A stretch of 64,000 nucleotides of DNA from NCBI GenBank assembly GCA_038087875.1, contig CM075989.1, positions 11,968,001-12,032,000 of the forward strand, read 5' to 3'. Each line of letters begins with the position of its first letter. The first letter of the stretch is position 1. The notes below the pieces were generated by a model that did not search any database, had not been told where the DNA came from, and saw nothing but the letters and a program-made list of their open reading frames with translations. This stretch comes from Malacoraja senta. Taxonomy: Eukaryota. Positions 39,590-50,192 of this stretch are shown in pieces. The position numbers and the translations under genes were made by a program.

Positions 39590-40110
39590 ATTAAGTTCGT
39601 ATTTGCAGCAGCTTCTCAGGCACATTAATGGACCATAACAAATAATTAATAATAATACAATACATTATCAGTGATAATAGGTAACCAGACCTGAATACTG
39701 TAAGCCAAAGTTGGTAGTACAAACTTTAAAAAGTCCATAAGAGATTGTTGTTGAGGTAGCGTTGTGCAGGATGGGTAGAAGCACTTCTTGAACCTGGAGG
39801 TCACGGTTTTCAGGCACCTGTACCTTCTTCCCAATGGTAGCAGTGAGATGAGAGCATGGCCAGGGTGGTGTGTGTCTCTGATGATATATTAGCTGCCTTT
39901 TTGAGGTAGCGGTTCTTCTAGATTCCTTCGATGGTGGGGAGGTCAATAGTTATGATGGACTGAGCAGTGTCCACCACTTTCTGCAACCTCCTTCATTCTT
40001 GTGCGTTCAAGTTACCAAACCACGTCATGATAGAATCAGTCAGTATGCTCTCCACTGTACCCACGTAGCAGTTGAATAGATTATTCGGTGACATGCCGCA
40101 AGTTGTAACA
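39590..40110 (-). mobile_element. Degenerate Rex1-like LINE
   Basis: GRRYRCLKTVTSRFKKCFYP motif. Confidence 0.75.
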
Positions 40111-41459
40111 GAACAATCTTCTACCCTTGCTAACTGTGCTGTGCACACTTGGTCTCCAGTGGTCGGCTCGGTCCAGAGAGTTGCGATGTGGGCTGGGAAT
40201 TATTTTATACTTCTGTATATATATTCAGCATATCAGGTCCACACTGCTCCCAGGGAACTGCCCTCAGTCCAATGTCCCCTCACCTTAATCCTCTTTACCT
40301 CTGCAACATCTTGTCTTCAACAACTCCACACGGTAACACTCGAGGTCAGGATTGAACCTGTTCCCTGGAGGTGAGAGGCAGTGACACTGACTACTGAGTA
40401 CCCATCCAAGTGTCAGTTGTTCCTCTGTAAAAGTCCAATAGAGTATTTACGGTGCTCAATGACTGATATGTGGGTTCACATCCCAGCAGCCTGATGCTGC
40501 CTGCAAGAGAGTAGCTTCAACTACACTCAAGAAGCTCAATGCTCCATACAGGACATAGCTGTCTGCTTGACAGGCACCCAATTCACAACCATTCACTCGC
40601 TCCACCACTGAGGCACATTGCAGCAGTTAGTTCCATCTACAGAATGGTCTGCACTAACTCACCAAGACTCGTTCGACAGCACTTTCCAAACCAACCACCT
40701 TTACCCGCCAAGACAAGGGCAGTAATAGGATTGGAACCACCACCTGGAAATTGCTCTCTAAGCCACAAACCATCCTGACTTGGCAATATATTGTTATTCC
40801 TCAGTGTCAGATTTCACATTTCCAGCATCTGCAGTATATTGACATTCATTTACTGATTAGTGGTGAGAGAGCAAGTATTTTGACCCAGTGACAGTAAATG
40901 GATGGCACAAAAAGTGTGTGACACGGGGGAAATACGTACTCTTGCACCCAATCGATCCTCGTATATGGGTCGCTGTGGAAACAGGATCCTTGGTGCTGAG
41001 TAGGCAGCTCCTAGCACAAGATAACACACCAGCATGGAGTGAGTTTCTCCCATGTAAGTTTGAACTAACAGGAATTGACAGAATGGAAGATGTTATCTTA
41101 ATGATAAAGACACAGATATCTCTGGGGAAGGACAAAGTTATATGGATACTATGGACAAAGTTATAGTGATGCTTGAAGAAAAAACATTTCCTTCTTTTTC
41201 ACTGTTTTATCTTGTAATCCATTGGATCTGTGTCACAAATTTATATATTGTCAGCCTTAAAAGAAGAATATTCAATATGGGATAAAGTTTTCACTCAACA
41301 AGGATCTGTAAAGACCGACATTATTTTCACCAAGGAAGATTAAACAGACTCTGATGATGGGCGCGCTGTGGGCTCTTTAAAGTTATAGTGGGGCATAATC
41401 ATATTAACCAAGCAATAATATCACATGGAAAAGATCAAAACCTGGACCATAAAAACAAG

Positions 41460-41900
41460 ATTCAAAAGATTCAAGAGAGTTTATTTGTTATATGCACCAG
41501 GTATGAACTAAATATGAATCTGCTCAAATTTCTGAGGAGGTAGTAGAGGCATTGGTGAACATTCCTTGTGATTGCATCAATGTGCTAGGCCTAGCACAAT
41601 GTGCGAGACCTAGGACAGCTCAGCAGAGATGAGTACACCCAGGAACCTGCAGCTGTTGACTCTCTGCACTGCTGTCTTGCAATGAGGACTGATACATGGT
41701 TCCTTAGCTTTCCCTTTCTGAAGTCAACAATTGGTACCGTGGTCTTGCTAATGTTAACACTAAGATTGGAATTCTGGCATCACTCAACCAGATTATCAGT
41801 GTACTCTTATTCATGTACTCCATGTAATCTTAACCATTATGTAATAATTGCCTATTATTCAACCAACAATTATGGTATCGTCGACTAATTCAAAGATAGC
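41460..41900 (-). mobile_element. Degenerate Rex1-like LINE fragments
   Basis: Antisense translation pattern typical of the Rex1 RT region; (TCTTT/TCTTG)-like tail near 41460. Confidence 0.55.
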
Positions 41901-42029
41901 TTCAGATCACAGTCTGGTCATAGACGAGATTCCAGTCAGGAATTGAGGAGAAACGTTTTTCCCCAGATAGCTGGGAGTGTGTGGTACTCTGCTGCTGGGT
42001 TGAGTGAAGAGTAGAGATGTGGTAAAGGG

Positions 42030-42160
42030 GAGACACAAGAGACTGTAGATGCTGAAATCTGGAGCAAAAACAAACTACTGGAGAAACTCAGTGAGTCGAG
42101 CAGCATCTATGCGGGAAAAAGGAATTGTTGATGTTTCAGGTTGAGACCATGCATTAGGAC
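42030..42160 (-). mobile_element. Penelope-derived short element within CR1 remnants
   Basis: Same unit as the other copies. Confidence 0.6.
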
Positions 42161-42559
42161 TGTGGTGAAGGGGGAAGCTTTTCCCCATTGCCAAAATGTC
42201 TGTAACCAGAGGAGATCGGTTTTAAGTAGAGTAGGGAGTTCAGAGGAGATATAGGGAGACTGCTTTCACTCAGAAGGTGGATGCAAACTGGAACTCACTG
42301 CCTGAGGAGGTGGAGGCAGAAACTCTCATAACATCTAAGAGGTATCCAGATGAGCATTTTGATCGCCAAGGCTGGGAAGGCTACAGACCAGGTGTTGGCC
42401 TTTGGGATTAGTAAGGACAGTACATAATGATTGGCATGGACAAGTTTGGCCAAGATCCCAGGGAAAACCCAGCTCTCCCTTGATGAACAGGGAGTGTTTC
42501 TTATACATTCACTTCAGAGCAGAAAGGGCATTGCTAAACATTTCATCCAAATAATGGCA

Positions 42560-42935
42560 CCTTGCACAGTGCAGCCCTCCCTCACTACTACCCCTCTCTC
42601 ATTACTGCCCCTCCCTCAGTACTGACCCTGCTTCAGTACTGATCCTCCCACAGTACTTCCCATCCCACAGTACAGCCCTCCCTCGGTATGGACCCTCCCT
42701 GACTACTGACTCCCTCAGTACTGCCCATCACTTAGTACTGCCCCTCCATCAGTGCTGACCCTCCCAAAGTACTGCCCCTCCCTCAGTACTGATCCTCCCA
42801 CCATGCAGCACTCATCAGTACTGGCTCTCTGACAGTTCTGCACTCCCTCCACAATGTTCCAGTATTGCTTGGCACCCCACCTCACACCCTCTGTACTGCC
42901 TCTCCAACAGTGTGGCACTCCCTCTGTGCTGCACT
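42560..42935. repeat. Minisatellite (CAGTACTG-CCCTCCC) inside a Deu-domain SINE
   Basis: More than 15 degenerate 14-19 bp units; both flanks continue as Deu-SINE-like sequence. Confidence 0.8.
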
Positions 42936-43054
42936 GAAATGTTGGCCTAGTGTTTGCTCTAATCCTTGATGAGTGTCTGAGGTGGTGCCTTGAACTCATA
43001 TCTCTCAGGATGTTTGTGATATCAAGCACACATAGGCAAGTTATAGTGAGATGG

Positions 43055-43153
43055 AAGGTAGACACAAAATGCTAGAGTAACTCAGTGGGACAGGCAGCAT
43101 CTCTGGAGAGAAGGAATGGGTAACGTTTCGGGTCGAGACCCTTCTTCAGACTG
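43055..43153 (-). mobile_element. Young Penelope-derived element with hammerhead-like core (43122-43149)
   Basis: Direct repeat AGTGAGATGGAAG at 43045-43057 and 43160-43172; CUGAAGA-A-GGGU(CUCG)ACCC-GAAA-CGUU. Confidence 0.75.
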
Positions 43154-46100
43154 AGATGGAGTGAGATGGAAGCAGTTAGACAGGTGAACACACATATAGG
43201 GAGCAAGAAGGGAAATGAGGTTTATGAAGTCACACTAAGACCTACAAAAGGGCTGGACATTTAACGTGTGTGAGGAACTTGAATAATGGAGTTTGGTGCA
43301 GCAGAGGAGTTGGTCACCTTTACCCCACAGCCTTGATCCTCACACAGTGTCTACGGTTATTGTGCTACAGTTTAATACTTATGCAATTTATTTAACATAA
43401 ATATTTCACAGGATTAGTTGATAGTCTAATTCCCACTTCTTAGTTGTGTGAACATGAGTTATTATTAATATTTAATGAAAACAAAGCCGTTTTATCTCTG
43501 CAGAAAAATAAAACCAACAAAGAAAATAATTAAAAATTGTTCAAGAATCCATAACAATGCAGGCCTAGTTACAAATGACGTTTGCTTTCTGAGGGTCTTG
43601 TGAAAAAGGTCAGCATTTTTTTGTTTGGTTACATCCTGGATATGACAGTGTCATTGGGCAACAAGGTTCCCATTCCTGCCACGTACGTTGGAAGAGTTCA
43701 TGCACCTGATAGGATGGAATGTGCAACACAGAACTAGGCCATTCAATCCAACTGGAATTCACTGTTCCACACCTTCCTTCTCCCACTTCTCTTCATCTCC
43801 CCCTTAACCACACTCCTTTTGTACCTCGGTGGTTCTACAGCCTCTCCGGAGCCCTATCTCCATTACACATCTTTAAAGGTGGTAAGACGTATTGAGGTGG
43901 CTATTGAAAGGAATGGGATCTTGACTTTAGCTCTAGAGTTCATACCATCTGGGCACCATAACCACTGGAAGAGCCCAAGTGAATCCATGCCAGCTCCCAG
44001 CATTGCAATCTCATTAGTCCCATTCTCCTCTCCTTATTTCTCGACAGCCCTCACACTTACCCATCAACTCCCTTTGATTCTTTTGCCACGCAAAACTTGA
44101 TTTACATCAAGTTAATTTATCATCACACCTTTGGGATGTGAGAGGAAACCCAGGGATAATGGTCAAACTCCATACAGACAGCACCTAAGTTCAGATTGTC
44201 AGAGCTCCACACAACTGAAATTCTGTAGTGTGTTCTCGGTGGATGTAAAGACCTTTTGGAAGGTGTAGCAGATATTTACAAGAATGGCGCTGCATGACAG
44301 GCTTAGCTATCCATCCTATGTTTCGTACCAACCCACAGTGAATGTCAGTAGGTATTGGTGCATAATCTGGTAGTTACCACTGGCTGGTGCATACTGAGGT
44401 TACTTCTCGTAAGAGTGGATGGTAGGTCATGATTGCTAGTTACAGTGGCAGATAGTTTATTGGATGACTGCCAGTTACTGTGGCTGTTTTTGTTATTGAT
44501 GATTGGTCGTTACAATGATTGAATGGATAAAAAATAATGATGTCCAGCACCTGGCGTGTGATCAGATTTGAGCAGTGGTATAGGAAGCCACGAGCAGGCA
44601 ATGAGGTATGACTGCTCACTGAGTGAATGGGTCCCTCTCTCAGACCTCACTGGGAACAGGAAGAACGATTGTGGGCTGAAAACCTTTAAAAAGGAGGGAA
44701 ATGAACAAAAGCGGACACTTAAAAACCTTTGCTCTGCCTATTTTAATATTAGAGATTGAACCTTCAATTTGCAAGGACTTTTGCTTCTCCCCCTGAAAGG
44801 ATGTGTTGTTTTCAAGTCTCTTTTAATTCTTTGATAAGATCCACTTTGCAATCATAAATATATTCATTTTCAGAACAAATGAATTATAATAATAAAATGC
44901 TAAGTTCCTGCTGTCGTCTTTGATGTCTGCCCTGCGTGGATTTGCTGTGGACAACTGTGTGATGTCAGACTCTGTCGGTGACGCAGGGCTGAGTGGGTGT
45001 CTTGGAGCTGCAGCAATAGAGGAGGTCATCAGGCCAAGCTGCCCGAGCGATAGCAGGAACATTGTAAATACAGTCAGACCCTGCAAAATAATTCCTCGTG
45101 TACAACGGAAAGGAGAGAAGGTCGGGAGGCTTACACACACACAAAAGAACGAGGTCTGGATATTGCCTCCCTGCAGGTTAGCTTATCGAGTTGAGGAGCT
45201 CAAAACTATGGTTGCCTCCTATCTATTGAGATGTTCACAGTTTCATGATATCCCAAAGAGCTTTATGTGGCCAATCAGTTGTGTTTGAAAGCATGGACGT
45301 TAATGCATTAGAAGCAGTTCTGAGAAAGTTTACCACTGATCTAGAATGCGCGGGCTACGTTAAGAGGAGAAGTTGTACAGAATAGGCTTGTGTCTGCTGG
45401 AGTTTAGAAGGGTGTGAGGGAGTGGGAGAATAGTCAACATGCCTGAAAATAATTTGCCAACCTGGTGAAGCTGCACACAAACAGACATGGCTGTTAAACA
45501 ACAGCATGGATCTGACAGCCAAATGATCTCACAACAACTGGCAGATCAGTTCCGGGCTTTCTTGGTCTATCACATCCAAGAATGGTGCAGATAATTACAG
45601 TTCTTTGGAACATACTCAGTGACAGGAGATGTGTGTTGAAGACGAGATTAAAGTATTTCCTACAATAGTCAACCCAATAGAAGTCCCAGAATTATTTTAA
45701 TAAATTTACCCTTTTAAAGCTGCCAGAAGAGATAGTTGAGGCAAGTACTATCAAAATGTTCAAAAGACATTTGGACAGGTTCATGGATAGGATAGGTTTA
45801 GAAGGATATGGGGCAAATGCAGGCAGGTGGGACTAGTGTAGATGGGGCATGTTGGTCGGCGTGGGCAAGTTAGGACAAAGGGCCTGTTTCCACTCTGTCT
45901 GACTCTAAATCAATTAAACAGCATAAATCTTGCTTGGATTGGTTTTGATCATCTTAGGAAAACAATTTCTGGTGCTTTTGCCCATTATTGGTCTGTTTTG
46001 TTGCAATGACACGGGTGTAGGAGGAATGTGGAGGATGATGTGCAGTACTGGAGAGTCGGTGACTGGATATGGCGTGCAGACATGTGTCAATGGAGCTGCT

Positions 46101-47129
46101 CGCCCCTACCTCCACCTCATTACCACCCGTTATGCTCTAACAGTTTGAAGCTCTCTGTGGAAACCAAGATTGCCTCCCATCTTGCTACCTTGAAAGGTGT
46201 GACAGGCTGCCTGTCGCCTCGAAGAAGAGGACCCTTGAACAACCAACAATTTTGTCACTAGTTAAACAACCGCTATGAAATCAAAGTGACAGTGTTATAA
46301 TTACAACCTCAGTATTTCCTGCTCAAATATGACTGTCTAAACTAATTACATCAAATACATTTGCACTACATCATCCATCCTGCAGGTGATTAAATCCCAT
46401 TTACAAAATATTGCAGTGTTAAAATGCACAATATCTGGGTCAAAATCTGGAAAAATGGTACTTTAACTGTGTTTTAATTATTCTCAAGATAGAAGTTATA
46501 GGATCTTGCTTCCTTGTGAACTAATTAACATTTATCATCTTGAGGTGATTACCATGGCAACGGATCCAAAAAAAAAGAGATAAATTGGGCTTGCAATGTT
46601 TTGCCACCAGTTCTGGTTATAACAAAAGTGTGAATGTTAAAAACACTCACACACACTTGATCACACTTACTTGATCACAATCACGAATACTTGCGTAAAG
46701 TGACACAAGCATGCAACACAAATATAGACAGTCAGGTACAGGCATACGATCAAACAATCACACACACTGGGCCATGCACTCATTTACACACCTCACATGC
46801 ACATTCAAACATATGCACGTGTACATATTTGGTCACGTAGCCAGAATACATCAGAGCCATGTTGATGAATCATAATTTTGACTCTAATTCTCTGAGTTCA
46901 AGGCCAGTGACATTCTATTGAGAGGTGGTTTAAACGCCTTTCTGTGCCTACACTGAGGTGTTTCAATAAAGCTGGGCCTTGTAATCTAGGCAAGGAGGAT
47001 GTTATCGCTCCTATTATAAGAAAGGGTACGAGTTGCTTATCAATTTCTGGAAAGGTAAATGTTGACAGTAAGGCTGGAAAATTCTGACTATTTCTCTCAA
47101 ACAGTAATGTGGGGTGAACCAATTGTCCT

Positions 47130-48530
47130 GCTTTACAAAATAAAATGACTACTCCCAATAACTTCTGCTCAGTAGTTCTAAAATCAATCATAATAGAGTA
47201 CTTTGAAAAATTGGAAATGATCCATATCTGCACCAGTCTTCTGTACAATGTAGACCCCTTGCAATTCCGTACAGGAAAAATAGGTCTGTGGAATTCACCA
47301 TCTCCCTTGCACTTCATTCAGCTCTGGATTACCTAGACAATAAGAATACTTATGTCAGGATGATATGCATTGACTACAGCTCAGCCTTCAATGGCATTAT
47401 ACGGCATAAGCCTATTTCTAAACTCTTAGACCTTGGTCTTGGGGTCTCCATCTGGCTCCATCACAACTGTCACTTTCTGAATGGCAGACCTCAGTTGATT
47501 AGAATTAGTCAAAATATTTCCTCCATTCTCACCCTCAACACTGGTGCTTTTCAGGGTTGGCTGCTCAGCCCCTTGCTCTTCTCCCTGTACACCCATGACT
47601 GTGGCAAAGTACAGCATCAACCCAAACTTTAAGCTCACTGTTATTACCACTGTTGTCAGAGGATCAACAACAGCAATGAGACGAAGTACAGGTAAGAGAT
47701 CAAGAACCTTGTGTCAGGGTGTCAGGACGACAACCTAGCCCTTAACGTCAGCAGGACGACAGGTGGCAGCGGGGGTGAGAGATTTGAACACAACCCTGAC
47801 CTCATCAATGGATCTGCTGTGGAGAGGGTCAACGGCTTCAAGTTTCTTGGCATTCATATCACTAGTATCCTAACTTGGTCCTTTCAGTGATGGGATGATC
47901 AAGAAAGTGCATCAGTGGATTTACTTTCTTAGGTGTCTGAGAAGATTCTGCATGTCCATAAGGATTCTCTCAAACTTCCTACTGATGTGCTATAGAATGT
48001 ATTTTGATGGATGCATCTCAGCCAAGTATGGTACCTACTCTGTTCTTGACCACCTGAATCTGCCGAGAGTGGTGAATACAGCCCAGGCTTGTCACTTCCT
48101 TCCACCCAGTCCAACTTCACGGTGTGTGGCATAAGAAAGGCTGGAAGTATCCTCAAGGATGCCTGTCATCCTGGCCATTCCCTTTTCTCTCTTCTACCTT
48201 CTGGGAGAAAATGCAGGAGCTTGAAAGCCCAGGCAATTTGTCTTAAAAACAACTTCTCCACTTTATCAGAATCCTGAAGCAATCACCTCTTTCCCATCTC
48301 CTTCCTGAAGATACTGCAACCTACTCTTGCGTTTAACTCTACCTCATTTGATTATTCCATTATTGCACTTTAGTACGACTTCAGTTTGCAATACAATCTT
48401 TATACCATTCCGTTGCTTTGCATTCGTCAATGTATTTATTGTGTACTTATTGTTTACTCCATGAGCTTCATGCAAACTAGGAATTTAATTGAACCCTCGT
48501 GCATATGACAATAAACTAAACTGAATATGT
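47130..48530 (+). mobile_element. Rex1/Babar-like LINE RT region, degenerate
   Basis: ISLALHSALDYLDNKNTYVRMICIDYSSAFN...TGAFQGWLLSPLLFSLYTHDC and HPGHSLFSLLPSGRK. Confidence 0.9.
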
Positions 48531-49427
48531 ATTTGAATCTAAATATTTAAAGGGCACTCCATTCCACCCCAAAGGTATCAATTAGCTGAAGAATCGATGT
48601 TTCTGGGGGGCGATTATGTGGCAATAATTGAATCGTGAAGATGAAATAGCTTGTACCTGCCGAGTAACGGACACCAATGGTGAATTCAAGGTTCTCACCT
48701 AAGTGAGTGTTCAAATGTATGAAACACTTACCATGATCAGGATCCTTAAAGGACTGAATTAGACGTATTTAAATAATTCCAAATCACATAATGACTGCTG
48801 ACAAGAGATTCCTGATGAAATATAGTAAACTAGCTGAGAGATTCAGATGGTTTATGACCAAATGGTTGGGCACCAGAGACTGATTATAAGGCAAATATGT
48901 AGTTGGAATTCAGATGATTCGTATGGAAAGCAAACACTTTAGTGGTAATAACTATGCTATGTTATAATTGCAGGTATAAGATAGTTTAAATATCAAGTGA
49001 TAGATGCTTAAGAGTAAGGGTTACAATTGAGTCAAGGACCTGCATATTATAAATAGTGTTGGTGAAAACCAAATAATCCTGTAGTACACAAGGAAGACAT
49101 TCAGCTCACTGCTGATGCTAGCTCCAGACAGCTCAGCAAAGCAGCCCAGGACTGATGTCACTGCACCAAGCATCTGATGGCTCCTTGATTCTGTCCAGCA
49201 ACCTCAGAGCCTGGGAGTGCCCTGAGGAGCCAAGAATAGGGCGGAAAAAAGGAGAGAGAGGACAGGGGACAACCTCTGACCCAGAGCCTCCTCTTCTACC
49301 GTACACAGGGACTGAGGTGAGACTGCCGAGGTGGATGGACTGAGGGTGAAGGTCAGGTCAGCTGCCAGAGATGGTGATCTGAGCACGTGGAAGAGATGGT
49401 GATCAGATTCCCAGGGAGAGTGCTTAC

Positions 49428-49528
49428 CTTCACATATCTGTCAGGATTGACATGAGTCAGTCTGTCGATGCCTAAAGCTCCTGGACCCCACAGTCCCAAC
49501 AGACTGGTGTGCCCCTCGCTGCTGAGGC
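49428..49528 (-). other. Candidate exon (101 nt)
   Basis: Acceptor TTTATCTCCCAG, donor AAG|GTAAGC; one open frame LSSEGHTSLLGLWGPGALGIDRLTHVNPDRYVK; no homologue recognised. Confidence 0.25.
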
Positions 49529-50055
49529 CTGGGAGATAAATTCCTGTCTCTAATTGACCACCATGATACCAGTTGAATTACAAGCTGCTGGAATGATTGG
49601 AGGATAAAGACATTCAGGGTGAGGGGCAGACCAGCCGGGGCTGTTGCCTGATTGAGAACTCAGCTGCAGAGGTGGGAGGTCTTTGTTGACACAGCCTCTG
49701 GATGCATTGCTGCTGAGTTTGTGTCTTGTCATCAAATTCACACCCAGGTGCAAGGAGAGGACAACTAATGTTGTCCCTGTCTGCCCTGGGCACGTCCCTT
49801 TAACACACAAGTACAATAGCGAGCAAAAATGTGCGAGACAATTAGCTATTCGTTTTATGTTTTTCATCCCCATTATGTTCCCAATAAATGTTGCCCTTCT
49901 CATGGGGCTTGACGGGAACTATTGTTGGATAAGCCCCATTTCAACTCCCCGGGCCATTGTTTTACGTCAAAAGTTCTATATAAAGGGAAATCAGGAACTA
50001 AGTGTTGACTTCAGGAAGGGGAAGTTAGGAGACTTTAATTGGTGGATCAGTGGTG

Positions 50056-50192
50056 TTCTTCTTGCGTATGGCATGCACAGCCTAAAGTTGTAGAACAACT
50101 TGCTCTATTTGATCTTATTTGATTGTGCACGCCGGGTTGATTGCATTCGTCGAAACAGGGCGGACCACGTGAAGGTTGCAATGTTCCACCCC
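50056..50192 (-). mobile_element. 137-bp non-autonomous retroelement (ribozyme head plus Vingi/ingi-like 3' end)
   Basis: 12-bp TSD GGATCAGTGGTG (50044-50055) / GGGTCAGTGGTG (50193-50204); ends GCCATACGC-AAGAAGAA; no Pol III A/B-box head. Confidence 0.8.
50140..50192 (-). ncRNA. Minimal (P4-less) HDV-like self-cleaving ribozyme
   Basis: GGGGUGG-AAC-AUUGCA-ACC-UUCACGU-GGU-CCGCCCU-GU-UUCG-A-CGAA-UGCAAU: P1 7 bp with G1.U wobble, P2 6 bp, P3 3 bp, L3 matching UYCHCGY, P1.1 C22-G37, J4/2 CGAA with catalytic C. Confidence 0.85.
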
